Shown here piece after piece: positions 25,336 through 39,229 of a stretch of DNA of 64,000 nucleotides. The position numbers and the translations under genes are program-made. The notes under the pieces are model-generated. The model was not told where the DNA came from and made no database searches. It was given only the letters and a program-made list of their open reading frames with translations. The DNA comes from Macrostomum lignano (taxonomy: Eukaryota): assembly GCA_002269645.1 (NCBI GenBank), contig NIVC01000172.1, positions 148,558 to 212,557 of the forward strand, given 5' to 3'. Within the stretch, counting starts at the first letter, position 1; each line of letters starts with the position of its first letter.

Positions 25336-28300
25336 TCAAAACTCATTCATCAGTCTTCAGGTACTCTCTGGTTCTTGTCTCCCGCGTCCCTTGCCATTCC
25401 ACGCCTTTATAGCAAAATGCTATCCGTCACCTCTTTCTCAGCACTGCTGCTTTTAGGAAAAGTGCGGATCAATCAGTTAGTCTATCTCACTGCAACTTGC
25501 CAATGAAAATCTTTCTTAGAAGGCATGGTAGAAATAAATAAGTTTCTTATCAATCCGAGTCGGAAATCTGTAATTAATACTGGAATTCCCAAACCAAATT
25601 GAAGCACGAGCCACCTGGAATTCAGACATCACTTCCACATCAACATTTGGGGCATAATGCTGCTAATTAATCCGCATTAGCTTTGTTAGTTTATCTGAAA
25701 CAGGAAAATGCACTATGAGTTTAACTGTGCATTTACATCCTTCTGCCGTATCGGGTTGAATACTGTTTATCGGCGCCGGTTTTTTCTCGGGTAAGTTTCA
25801 CCGGTAAAGCCGAGCGATCCCACTTCCTGCTTCCTAGTTAGTGCAGCTGTGAAAATATGTGACACTCTAGAAATGAACCGGCAGTCCCGTCCCTTCAGTC
25901 ATGCTTATTTACGCTGTGTGAGCTTGTGGCTACACACTTGAGTTCGGACAGTGGCTCCGGTGCCCGGCCCCGCTAACAGAAGCTGCCCTCTCGTGACCAG
26001 CTCCTCACAATTCAACGGCCACTCTTTCCTTTTTGGAGACACTGGGGGGTGGCAGAGAAGAGGAAGAGCTGAGGAAGGAGCGGCTCCGTCAATGCGGAAG
26101 GAATATTCATGAGCGATGCTTGAGTCGGATGGACTCACAAGCAGGACTCACACAAGTGCCTGCCCATCCGAGAGACGAAATGTGTGAAAAAAAGTGTGAA
26201 AGGCAGGCAGGAAAAATGCAGCGCAAGCAGTTAGTTTTGTCGAAACTGCAGTGAGTCGCCTTACCTCCAATGGTGTTTTTCAATCTGCGGCAATCAATGC
26301 TACAGTGAAGCAACGCTAGAGACATGCGGTTTCTTTATCCCGGACGTAGGGGTTTGTCGCATCCGGCAAGAGAAATTTCTTGTCTGCGGCTTGCATTTCT
26401 TCTCTCTCTGCTGCTCCATGGATTCCACCTTGGCAGCGGCTGACAGAGAGGGGAAATATTTGGCTGGGGCAGAAATTTAAATAAAAACTTTTCTCTCTTT
26501 CGATACATTGCACTTTCAGGCAACTGGTGCCCGCATCTGCTGGCTCCTCCTTCATCGCTTTATTCCCATTCTCGGTATTTCGTCTTAGGAAGCATCGTCA
26601 CGCTTGAGTCCTATCTGGATCCATAGTATGTTTTTCATTCAGCGACTTCTGCTCAGTCCTGGGGAGGGAAATCCCAAGACTTGATGTGAGACTGAGAAAG
26701 AAATAGAGAGACCGTGAATAGGGGAGGGACGAGAGACGATCGCGTCATTAACTCCCAAAAAATATTGGATCGTAAATTTTTTTGCAATTGGTCCGCCCCA
26801 GCTCAGGTCTTCTACTTTTTTGCATCGTTCCCCCGGCAGCCACTTCGGTCCCCCTGTTGCAATTTCCTGCCCAGTGCGCCGCAACGGAGGCTCAGCTGCA
26901 GAGAAGATTTTATTGCCGCCACGGGGGGGGAGTTTTTTGGACTCAATATTGATTTTAAAATAAGAAAGCTAGACTTGGGATTAGAAATTAAAAACATTAG
27001 AGCTATCGGTCGTCAAGGGGATTTCCTGTAGGTGTTGATATTAAAAAGCGCGAATGAGTGATAAAATTGTCCGTGAAACTGAGAGAGGTATTTATGAAAC
27101 GGAACCTTAGAAAAGTTTTGTATTTACTGCTGAATTATGATTACTTCGGCTCATTCCCATCCATCCTAAACCTTTCTGGCAAAGTTGAGCATTGGTGGCA
27201 TGGGCTGTGGCATGATGGAACTCATCCACTCAGCCTCAGTGACATTCCGATGCCGTAAATCATTCTGCTTCTAACAATAGGCGTAGAGTCACATTGTAAG
27301 CTTGTTACAATGAGCTTTGGCTCTTAATTAGACTGTGCGGACCTCTGCTGGCTTGCTTTTTTCTGTGACAAAAACGGCGGTTGAGCGGATGGGATGTACG
27401 GAACCGCTGAGCACTGCAGGAATAATAGGGAACTGTTTCCGATCGTCACAGTCAGTTAAACGGGCTTGCTTGCGTTTTTTTGCAGCCACAGTCGGATACT
27501 AAAATATTGATATAAAAAGAGAGAGCCGAAGAGAACTAGTCATTGGGAGTCAGGGGCAGTAATAAGTACAGAATGAATCTGCGACCAGAATGCCAACGAT
27601 AGTGGCAGGGACAAGGTTAATGTTGCTTGAAGCCGCCGCTCTCAAAATTGAAGCTCAAAAGAGGACTGTCGCGCCTCCTATATTCTTGTCTCTTGCGCTG
27701 GACCCCTTACTGTCTGCCAGCTCCCATTCACTGGTTCGCACTGGGCCAGAGGGCTTTGGTCATTCGAAGCAATTGAGCATAAAACTCGGTCTGCAACTGG
27801 TCCTGCTGGCCTGTTTAAGTCCAATCCGATTAGTCCGCAGCCGAGATTATTTATTGATTTCTTCCCATCGCGACGTCTTTGAGAGTCGATTGCGGGCCCA
27901 GTTACTTCTTCAAATTCTCTCTCGTCTCGTCCCGCTCTGAGGTCTCTAACTATTGGCATGCAAGCGGATCAATTCCAAGGAGAATTCCTATATAGATCCT
28001 TAAAACCAATCTGTCTTAGACGAGGAAAAGTCAGCTTGCCTGACGGATTGGCTTTCCTATTTCCTAGGGGTTTATTTAGTCACAAGCAATTAGAAGACGC
28101 TCCGTGCTTTCCTGAGTTGGCTGCAGTTGTGGTAGACTTAGTGGAACAGTCTGTGAGCAAGCATCCACGGCAGCGTCTGATGAAATTCCCAGCACCAGCA
28201 ACTTATGAGGGCACGGCGGGGCAGATTCGAGCTGAGTCACTACAGCTTCTAGCATCTAGAGGAGGTATTGTTTACACAAGGTGGCCGAACCACTTGCACA

Positions 28301-28643
28301 GCGGAAAAATTACATAGCAGGATGTCAATACGAGGTTGGGGTATTGATGATTTTCCATTGCTTTACAGTGCATATGCATCAGTTGCGCTGAGTAGTCAGG
28401 AGATCTACATAGGTATGCTAGATATGCACTCTTAATCATCACTGGCTGGCTCAAGTAGAAAGTACAGTAAGGTGAAAAGACTTCAAAGTCAAAATGAATG
28501 TAGAGACTTATAAAAGATTTTATATCATTTTAAATCAAATTTATACATAAACTAAACATTATTTATGTAGAGCTTCATCATATAAATAAATGTTTCCCCC
28601 GTTTTCTTATAATTTAGGATCCGAAGCATTACTGCCCGAAGTT

Positions 28644-30930
28644 ATGCTGCCCGAGGCCGCAAGGTTCTTCTTAGAGACCACGAGCATTCGCGGTGTGGGC
28701 AAAATAGTAAAAACGCAGAACGTATTTCTCAGCCGTTTGTGGGCTCTGTTTGTTCTGGCGTCGACTTCTTTGCTTTGCTACAGCGTTTTTAAGATCATCG
28801 TAGACTACCTGCAGTACGACGTCAACATCCAGACGTACCATGACATAGACGACGCTACGCCATTCCCTGCCGTGAGTATCTGCAACAACCAGGCCTTCTC
28901 TAAGAATGCCTACCGTCTGTGGGCTGACAATCGCGTCCGCTCGCCGTCCGAATTCAACCGGCAATTGCGCCAGAAAGCGCTACGCATGCTGTCTGATCCT
29001 GAATTTCGAGCGGCCTACTCCAGCGCCAACCAATCCGCACGGCAGCAGCTGCGCGAGTCCATCCAGAACCGGGCCTACATGTCGATGCACACTTCGTTGG
29101 TAATGGACAACTCGCGAACTTACTATCAGAACACGGCCGCCAACGACTCCATCCTGCTTGGCCACGAGCGCAACGAGTCGCTGGTCGAGTGCGTCATCAA
29201 ATATTCATCTCGTCAGGCTTTGGGCACCAAGGGCTGTCACGATCCAATGTTAAACGTGACGCTGTTCTCCGATCCAAACTTTTTCAACTGCATGACAATC
29301 GAATTCAATGAGGATTCCTGGAGTGAAGTTCTGAGCTTGACCCTGATTGTTTGGCTGGGACCCGATGAGAACTATGACATGCGCCACCGGCAGGGGTTTC
29401 TCTACGATGTGTTTGAGCAGGCCTACGGACTGCGGGTTGCAATTCATGAGCCCAGGACACAGCCCAAGGTGAGAATTAATTTGGCGTCTAATTTTTCAGT
29501 CTAGAAAGCCAGCTGAAATTTTAGGAAGTACATTTTCTCTACTTCGGAAAATTTCAAATTCATGCCGGGATGAGGCTTGAAATCTGGAATAAGATCAAAC
29601 AAGGGAAGTAAATTATTCAGCACGCTGCTCAATTAGTCTCTCATTAAAGGACTAACTTATACATAGTCACACTTCTATTTTAGCATTTTTTCACTAATTT
29701 GACTTAAACTATCCTATTTAAAAAATCGGTAGCTAATAAAAGATTCCAACGTGTTACTTTCCCTTCGATTTCCCTTCACTTCGAATTCGGCTTCGATTTG
29801 CTAATCGAGTTAGTCATGAATCATGAACAAACAGACTTCATGACCTTCCATCCAAAGCGCACCTTCCAAAACGATTGTTTTTTATTCATTAGATCCTGGA
29901 GCGGGGCATCCAGACGGAGCCGGGCAAAATGAACGAGATCAAGTACCAGCCAGTCCGCTTTGTGCGCGAGAATACTCCCAAGAAGCCGTGCATCAGTCCC
30001 GAGGAAACGTCGCACGTGAAACTTCGCGATCTCTACAATGAGTACAACTATGACCAGGAGCTCTGTCTGGACTCTAAAGTGCAGGCTATGGTGCTCGAAA
30101 AGTGTGGCTGTTTGTACATTGAACTGCCGCGCATAGCCATACCAAATGCTACTCATCCCTACTGCGGCATCATTGACGACAAGATGTTGCAGCGATCTGC
30201 CTGCATCCAGGATTTGCACTTGCGTGAGCTGCGAAAATCCTACGAAACGACCGAGTGCTTGCCTACGTGCGTTGATCGCAGCTTCGACAAAGAATTATCA
30301 GTAACCAAATGGCGCGACACGCAGTGGATGATCTACTGGATCAAGGAGCTCTGCGAACGCTGGGACAACTATTTTGGTCAATTGCAGAAGGATCCGCTAC
30401 CGCCGATGAACGAATTTGATAAGAGTCTAAATCCCCTGCGAGATTACCTGACGGCTTCTAACATCACCAATGTCACCCTGCTGCTAGCAAAAGATTCGTT
30501 CAAGTTCGACGATCACTACACCTTCCTGGTTGTGAAGCGTCAGAGTTACAATACCTTGGTTAAAAAGGAAAAAATTGTACTCACGTTGAATGCTCTATTC
30601 AGTCGCGTCGGTGGTCTTTGCTCTGTTTACATCGGCCTTTCCCTGGCATTCTTCATGGAGTGCATTGAGCTTCTATTCAAGCTCGTCTGCGAAAGACCAG
30701 CAAAGGATTCGGCTGGAAGTACAAGCAAAGCTGACGATATCGCGGCTGGAATTCGGTCTCCTGTGGACACCGACCGCGACAATGGAGAGCAAATGGGCCT
30801 TATTCATTCCGCAATGGAAGACAGAAAGCCGGAAGGGGACTTCGGAGATCAGCAGCAGCAGCAGAGGTCGAGGCACCCTCAGCTGCAGAGCAGCTCTGAA
30901 TGGGTGTGCCAGGCCGCATCAACTGTTTGA
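28644..30930 (+). CDS. DEG/ENaC (amiloride-sensitive, ASIC/FaNaC-superfamily) channel subunit, about 620 aa, 2 coding exons (a further 5' exon is possible)
   Basis: Exons 28644-29468 (acceptor at 28618) and 29893-30930 are phase 0. Motifs: ETTSIRGV pre-TM1, TM1 LWALFVLAS..., FPAVSICNN, FFNCMTI, GLRVAIHEPRTQP, Cys-rich thumb (CLDSK..CGC..C..C..CLPTC), TM2 LFSRVGGLCSVYIGLSLAFFMECIELLF. Confidence 0.9.
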
Positions 30931-32419
30931 TGTATTAATGCTGTTAAATATCCAAAGGTGTGCAACTCTTGGAATGACTAATTGTGTTTGTAAGGGGTAC
31001 GTTACACTTGTGCTGCAGAAGTTTAATAATACATGTACTTCGTAGAGGATAACTTTTGCCAGAACAGATCGCAATTCTCTTACACGGCTCGTAATCACAC
31101 TTTCATGAAGTATTTCTGATGTTCACTCTGCCCTTCTACTTATGTGATGGTTGAGCGTTTTCCGGACCCTCTCAATTCTCTCAATAGCTATATATAGCTC
31201 CAACGTATGGCTTTTAACTTTATTTATATTCGATAGCTACTTGCTTGCAAAGTTTGAAAGCATTAATTATGCTCTAAAGCAAAATTTTCCTTCACTTGTC
31301 AGCTTTTGATTTTAGTCTTTTGTCACTATCCGATCAACAGTGCAAGCAAACTGCTCGCGGTGTTCCTATTGCCCCAGCTGATTCTGCTCTGAATATGCTT
31401 TTTTGGTACGCTTGTTGCAAGTATAAGCATTAAATTTAATGTGCATGCATCCTTTTTTGCGAGCAGTTGTAACTTTTAGTACAATTTTAAACCGCATGTT
31501 TATGTTTTGACAGCTCTCAGTAAACTTCCCCGATCATCGATCTAGTTGACAGCAAAGTTTCTGACACCAAAATGGAGTGTACACTCTCTCTCTCTCGCGA
31601 AAGTGGGACTCATCCTCTCTCAACCAAAACTACAAAGCACTTTTGATGACAACAGCTTTTCATTTCGTCCAATCCAAAACAGTCAATTAGGCCAACTGCA
31701 ATTGTTTTATTGCGAGAGGAGGTGAAGAGGAGGGGAACCGCTGTCGCGGATTTCCCCGATTGCGATGAATTTCTCTCGGATACTCAATCAACTGGGGAAA
31801 ATGGCGTGACGTGTTTCGAGAAAGAATCAGTCGCTGAGGGTGCTTGTTGAGGGACAGGTCCAGTACCGATGCTGATAAATGGAGCAGCCATTCATTTTTC
31901 TGGCACGCGAAATTCTCCTGTTTGAGCACAAAAGCAAAGAAATGAAAGAAACTAAAATGCCAAAGCAAATCTTTTTCTATGTGCACGAATATTGTAATCG
32001 CATTGTTGTATGAGCGTGCTGTAACGATTCTGTTTCCTGCAACTAGCTTTTTCCCGGGTTACTTTGGCGCCATGCACTATAGTGCCCTGCAGCTTTATAT
32101 CTTCTCTTCTGCATATGTTTATGAGCGCAGAATTAGCTGAAACTATATCTACGTGCATACTCGTATTGGTAATCATGTAATGAATTCCATCATTTAATGC
32201 ACATGTATTCATCATCTGAACCCTACTTAGTGCCTGATAATTATGTTCTGAGCGTCATTGTGTTTTCCTATTTATTACTAAAATACATTTCGATGGAGAT
32301 TGCTGTGAAAATCTCCATTGCAATTTAGTGTGATATCACGTTTACTAATGCGTTTAAAATCTGACAAAATATATTACAGTAGTTTGCTTGTACCTAACTT
32401 CAATTTCAAGCTTAATTTC

Positions 32420-32560
32420 AAGCCATTTCAAGCTGAGACACCACCGCGGCATTCCTTCGCCCGTCTCCGTCTAAACGACGTGTTGCGCCATCGGCGACTC
32501 CAGCTGGCAGGCCAAACAATCCGCGCCGAGTCTTAATGCTCACAGTGTCCTGCAGGAGGT
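32420..32560 (+). pseudogene. Possible short 3' fragment of an RTE-type LINE ORF
   Basis: A GC-rich patch reads VLRHRRLQLAGQTIRAES, resembling the post-RT RRL.xAGH..R motif of RTE-like elements. Confidence 0.4.
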
Positions 32561-32897
32561 GTGCTCTTATATATACATGTACGTATCGTACATCAACATG
32601 CAATTAAAACAAATCTGACTTAAAAATACACTTGAAAAGAATTTTGAAAACAAGACCGCGGAAACATGCCGTAACTCACCTGTGAAATTACTAACGACAT
32701 ACGGCAAATGCATTTTCGACGCCAGAAGAAAATAATTTCAAAGTCATCCTTGATGGTGAACATGTACGTACGCGCATCTGCATGTATGAGACTATGCCTT
32801 TTAATAGTGCATTTTCGTGTCTCATAGCCCCAGCCAGTAATATCATGCATTTGTTTCTGTGACGAATTGCTTAATTATAAAATACATATTGTATACC

Positions 32898-33080
32898 CAG
32901 CGGCTCTCAACCTTTTTTTCAGGCGACCCTAATTTATTCACTTGCATCATTTTTAATGTTTGCGACCCTTTTTATAATCAATACAATGCATCATTTGTGA
33001 CATACTCACATTTATTAAGTGCTGCGAAACCAGTGGTCACGCGACCCCACTGGGGGTCGCGACCCACAATTTGAGAAGGT
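32898..33080. mobile_element. Degraded hAT-type MITE
   Basis: The left end is CAGCGGCTCTCAACCT..GGCGACCC and the right end is GGGGGTCGCGACCCAC..TTGAGAA, a pattern typical of hAT non-autonomous elements. Confidence 0.55.
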
Positions 33081-33577
33081 AAAGAAGCGTATAGTGCATT
33101 AAAAAATTATTGAACACTACTTCTGTATCATTTTTTGGATTCAACCAACAACTGTTGTATACCAAGTTTTTGAGATAAAAATGGGGACCGATTACGGAAC
33201 ATGGATAACTATAGTTGTCCATGGATAACTATAGTTGTCCATGTTACGGAATTTTGTTTCAATTATTTTTTGCTTGTGAAATGTTTTCCATTTTTAGAGG
33301 AGGTTCGGAATCTTCATTAGATGTATATGTAGCATTTTTATTCCTATCTTTAAAAGTTTTGGCGACTCTTCCCTAAGTAACTGTTGTAGTCGTCGACGGA
33401 TCTAATATTAATATTCTAATTGTAAAAAGCCGTCGCTTTTTAGGTTTATATATGAAGAGGTTTAATACTTTAAATGCTTTCAAAATGCATTTTCAGTGCA
33501 AATTCTTTGTTTAAAACTTTTAGCATGTCTATTGATTTGTTTAACTGTGTTAGCTGCGCTGCACATTAAAAAAAAGC

Positions 33578-33974
33578 GGGTCTCCCTAAAACACGCCCCG
33601 TACCGCCCTGCAGCGCTACACATTAAAACTAATTGGACTATAACTGAAGACACTTCAAAATGCGTTTTCTGTTAAGCTTCAAAGTTTTTATTAAATTCAG
33701 TTTTTTTACTATGAAATATAAAATTCGGTGAATAATAAGTGATATTATTAATAATATTAATATTAATATTAATAATAATAATAATAAAAAATAATATAAT
33801 TTAATAATGAAAACGAGAATATAAAAAATAATAACAATATTTATAATAATAATTAGATATTTATTCCATTACTTGTACAACAAATAGTTTTCTTTTCAAT
33901 CAAATACTGCGTTGACAAAAATGTTATAATGTGTAGCGGTTCGGGGCGGGGCGGTGCGTGTTTTAGGGAGACCC
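33578..33974. mobile_element. 397-bp MITE with about 47-bp imperfect TIRs (GGGTCTCCCTAAAACACG...) and an 8-bp TSD
   Basis: 33578 gggtctccctaaaacacg..gctacacatt mirrors aatgtgtagc..cgtgttttagggagaccc 33974. The TSD AAAAAAGC is at 33570-33577 and is restored on the right (33975-78 plus 37701-04) once the 3.7-kb insertion is removed. Confidence 0.85.
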
Positions 33975-33978
33975 AAAA

Positions 33979-36900
33979 GGTGATTCTCATCGAGAGGTTT
34001 CGGAGGTTCAAAGAGGTTTTTCAGAGGTTTCATTTCGAACAAATATTTTTGCACAAAAACTTTAATACTGCACAAAAATTAAAATCTTACTGAAATTTAC
34101 TAATGAATACAAATTTTCTTTAGAAAATAGCTCGGAGGTTTCGGATTCTTTTTAATTTTGCTTCTGATAGGCACGCGCGGAAATTATTTAACTGTTTTTA
34201 TGCGTGGTAGTCAACTGACACATTTTATGCCATGCCATTTTCATTGCTTCCTTTTCATTTCATAAGCGCAAAGTTGCGAATAGTCACAAGTATGTGTTGT
34301 TCCCTTTAAATGCATATTCGTAACTATCCTAATTTCTACTAGACCTGTCCATGTAATGAAAAACAGACACTATTTACCAATACGAATTTCATATTGTTTT
34401 TTACTTGGTCTTAAGAAAGCTATCAATTTTAAGCCAGACTAACTAAATTAAGACTAACAAGACCAAATCAGTATTTTTTCATCAAGTCAGTATCAGTCGC
34501 TATTTAATATAGATTGTTAGTCTAACTAACTAAAGGCCCTAAGTATTTTACTAGGGATCTATAATGTAAAATATATTTATTTTATTTCACTTATTTGATA
34601 TTCTTTTTTTATTTTACATCCATTATACTAAAAAATTTATTTTTTTTTTTATTATGTACTATTTTTACATCATCATCCTAAATCCTAACACACAATGCAC
34701 ATAGGATAAAAATTTATTACCTAAGCCTTTAATACTAGTGAATAATTCTCTTCACAAAGCTTAAAAAATGGCAAATTTTTTTTACTGCTTTACCTCTACC
34801 TATAAAATTGAAAACTCTAATGATCTGAAATTTTTACATTTTTAATTTTAAATATAATTTAATAATAGCTTTATATTCAGTTATAATTTAAGTTGATATA
34901 ATCTAGTACAATTTCTATTACTCTTATACATTAGTAACTTGCTTTTAGTAACTAGCTTTCTTTTTATGCAAATATTCAAAGTAAATAGTAGCTTGTACTT
35001 ATGTATATCTAGTTATCACATTTTTATTCAATTTTTAATTTACTTTATAAGTTATTTGTTGTAATATTAAACAAATATATTCTCTTATCATCCACAGTAG
35101 TTATCATGCCAATGAAATGCATGGTGCCAACCATGTTGGGGAGAAGGCTCTAAATCTTTAGATTTTCTTATGATTTTAAGTACTTACACTACACCCATAT
35201 ACTAAAATGTAAGACTAACATTGTATTTCTCAATCATGCCATCTTTCCAGAACCCATCAAACTATGGGAATTTGTGCAAAGCAATGGCCTACTAAAATAC
35301 CATTGCACAAGATGATATGCTTCTAGAAGTCGCGGTTGGCGCGATATGCTTTTGGCACGGCTCGACTTCAGCGTTGTTGCTCATCATTGCATCACTCGAG
35401 TCCCATTGTCGCATTTTTGGGCTTCCAGCATCAACTGGTTTGATAGTCTCAATTGGAGGCCATGAAAAGCAATGTCAGGCATGCTGGTGCCAATCTTGGA
35501 GAGGAATTTGCAGCCCACCTGATTGCCCTGAGGGAATTGTGCCAAGGGAACTCACACCTATCATTTTTGTTCAGCAGCAGCAGCCGAGTGTTACTGATCC
35601 AAATGGAACTCACTACAACTGACATAATGCGACTGCCCGATTGCACTTTGCTGGCCGTAGCGGAAACCGCACACTGAGAAGCATCGCCCATGTTCCTCAC
35701 CCTACAATATTGAGCTCTCGATCACGTCGGTGGTCTTGACGATGTAGGATGCAATCTTCATAGACATGCCATTGAACCTGGAATGCTATGCTGCATCTCA
35801 AAAGGCTGGCTAACGTTTTTTCAAGGGTTTAGTGTGGCGAGACTCCAAGTCTGATAGATAATCCAATGTCAGCCAGCATGCGTCAACTGCGCAAGCTTGA
35901 TCCAAGCAAATGAGCTTCACAGTAGTTTCCAATTGGTCTTGCCTTATTTTTTAGGCCTTTTTTTAAAACATCAAGCATTGCAAGAATGCATTTCAAAAAC
36001 AAAGAAGGAACGTTTTGTATTTTCTCTATCAGTATGTATATTTATCCATACATTGCTGTTACATTGCCTAAATACACTATAAAAAAAATATTCTTTGAGA
36101 GTCAAATAAAAACAGTTTAAAAGTTCACATTTCAGATATGTACATGAGAGAATATAAGTCTTGTCTTTTTATTTACTCAGATGAAAGTGAAGTTCTTAAC
36201 TTTGGGAGTTAATGCGCATATGAAAGACGATGCCTGCAAAAACGAAGGCTGTATCCCGTCAGCCAGCAAGCAGTTGAAGAACTTCAGTCACTCATCTCGA
36301 AGGCAGTGTGCAGTAGATTAGCCCCTAGGCTGTCGGTTTATGTCATCTGGTTAGTAGCTAGAGCACAGCCATATTCTGTATGCTGACAACCAAACCAATT
36401 GCCACCACAAAAGCAACCCAGCCTGCCAAAGCTCTAAGGGTGGCGAGCTACGTTGCACTGAGTCGCAACATAAGTGGGTATAGGACATGGAATGCCATAA
36501 TGCCTGTTATTAGATTAGACAAACATGAAGCATTGTTGGCCTGTACAGGCTCAAAATGCAGGCAGGAGACCACGCAAGCGGTAGTTCAGGCATGGTATTG
36601 GCAGCTGAAATAAGGCATGTTGAAATAAAAGGTATTGATTACTTTCATCTATAACTTTTCATAAACAATCAATTTCAAAAGTCAAGAAACATAATGATTT
36701 TCCTATACATTTATTCTTGCAATCTTTAAAGATGCCAATACATTTATGTTGAAGAAATTATATTATTTTAAAATAAACAATGCCAAAAATGTGTCCAATG
36801 ACTTTTTACTAACTCTAGTAAATATATTGGTATCAGCTATCTAGTTTATTGCTCAACATAGATTTTTAGCATCAAACAAGGGTAGTGCAATACATGTACA

Positions 36901-37691
36901 AAGTCTTACTGCAAGCATTTTGTTTGCATAAGAACTGACTCTAATGTGTGAGAGCTTTTGTCAGCAGTAACAGTTGTGCAACTAGTGTTATTTATGAGAG
37001 AAAAGCTAATAGCATTTAGCAATTGAAATTAATTTTATGATTAAAAGTAAAATGCTCTGCTTTAAGTAATTAAAAGTAAAATGCTCTGCTTTAAGTAGTT
37101 AAAAGTAAAATGCATACTTGTTGTTGTAATTCCAGGCCCTCAAATATTTATAAAAAAAACATTGAGACAACAATAATTCTGCTATTTACTTCTGTGAGGC
37201 AGTATGTCATAACATAACATAACATCACATCAATGTCATAACATAATTCGAATGCAAAATGGTATGCAGCACTCAAAAGTAAAAAACGGGAAACGGATGA
37301 AACAGCTAGCTGTCTATATGTTTTCAGTATATTTCAAGCAGCGCCTTTAAGTCGAATATTTTTATTTTATTTATGCACCTTGAATGTAAATGCCAATGGC
37401 AACGATGACATTACCAGTGTGTTGTGTTGCGTAGTGTTTTAAAAAAACCACTTTCAAAGCATGAAAATAGTTGTCTAAGTTAAATAATTTCCGCGCGTGC
37501 CTATCAGAAGCAAAATTAAAAAGAATCCGAAACCTCCGAGCTATTTTCTAAAGAAAATTTGTATTCATTAGCAAATTTTAGTAAGATTTTAATTTTTGTA
37601 CAGTATTAAATTTTTTGTGCAAAAAAAATTGTTCGAAATGAAACCTCTGAAAAACCTCAAAACCTCCGAAACCTCTCGATGAGAATCACCC
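33979..37691. mobile_element. 3.7-kb DNA transposon with about 215-bp TIRs and a 9-bp TSD (GACCCAAAA); interior AT-rich with possible decayed Merlin-like transposase
   Basis: TIRs 33979-34193 and 37478-37691 are reverse complements (ggtgattctcatcgagagg...cgcgcggaaattatttaact). The TSD is at 33970-33978 and 37692-37700. No intact ORF is present. The superfamily (Merlin or MULE) is tentative. Confidence 0.85.
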
Positions 37692-39229
37692 GACCCAAAA
37701 AAGCATAGTGCTTCGGTTCAAAAAATTTCGAAAATTACTAATAGTTAATAGAACCATTTCTAGCTTAGGGCCTACTAGCTAGTAGCTAGTGTGTCCTGTT
37801 ATAATGATTCTGTATCTAACTCCTGATAAATTTAAATCGTAAATTCATCTATAAAGAAAGGGAAATCTTTTTCTTGAAGGCTAATGTTTTCTAAGCCATT
37901 GATTGCAGATAAAGAGGGCTTGTATGACTATGAGACTTGTATGTGAAGTAATCAATCCCATCAGATATAGCCTTAAATTTGTATTTTTTAGCTCTTTTTA
38001 CCACCCGTCTTTTTAAGAATTACAATTAGACACAGTAGTAAAAGTAGGATTATAGGATCTACTATATTTTAATTTTTAACGTGCTTTATCCTTATGCCTT
38101 AAATTTATCCCTTTTGGGTAAGCCCTACAATTAATTAAAATTGAAGAAAATGGACTTTTTCTATAGTAAATAATAAGCTGATAAAACATAATAGCAATTT
38201 GGCCTTCTATGTCTTTTTAGCCCTTTTCAAAAACTAAATTTTGCCATATGGCCTATAGCTTTATGCAACATTGTACTAAATAAGAACAAATTATTTATAC
38301 AATTATTTTAATTTAATGAGGCATTCTCACAGTCACTTTGTTATTGCTTTATTATAACAAAGAGACAGTGCAATTTTCTATAATACATTTTTATCAAGGT
38401 TAAAAAATTGAATTTTGTAATATAGAAATATTATTATTAGCCTTGGCTTAATCTTATTTCTATTAGAAATTTCAATTAATATTAATACAAAATAAAATTA
38501 ATATTAATGAAAATTAATACTTAAATTTCAATTAGAAGAACATATTCAATCTCTATATTAAATATAGTTCTTGAAAATTCTTTTATAATCCTTTTTTAAA
38601 GCTTTAAACTTATAAAATATTTTGTGCTAGTTAAGCCTTGCTAATTGTTATTTATATTTTCCCAATTTTAACTAAGTTATATTATGTTTCCTTATTTTTA
38701 TAATTCAGTTATTTTTGTAAATTTTTTATTTTAAAATGTTACTTAACTAAGTAGTACTAAGTAATAAAGCAGCTTTGATTTAGTAATTAAGATGTATCTT
38801 TAATTTCAGGATTGTATTCTAATATATATAAGAATAAAACTTGTTTTTCTAGCTCTTATGTGCCAATGTACACCAAATGACTTTTATTATATTTGAAAGT
38901 ATACCAAAACAAAATAAAAAAATAATAGGCCTAACTGATATTTTAGGCTTATAACATCTTTGTAAAAAAGATTATTGAGGTTAAACTATAAAAAGCTAGT
39001 TTATTTAAATTATTTTTGTTTTACTTTAACTTTATAGAAAAAGTAAACAATTTTTCAATTTAGTTTTCCATTAATTTTTGTAAGCTACTCTATGTATATA
39101 AAGACTATGCCAAACTTGAACTTGGTCATCTTTTGTATGCTAACCATGTATATTTATTGAGACTTAGATTTTGGTCTTATTTGGTCTTGGTGATTTATGT
39201 ACATCAAGTTGTGCATTAAGGGATATGCC

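Noticed and set aside
33200-33245. 20-bp tandem duplication containing a near-palindrome (GATAACTATAGTTGTC)
   Set aside because: It has only two copies and no associated element; most likely local slippage.
36380-36415. CxCx6CxH SWIM-like pattern on the minus strand inside the 3.7-kb element
   Set aside because: It lies in a short stop-bounded frame without SWIM or MULE context and on the opposite strand to the Merlin-like traces; probably chance.
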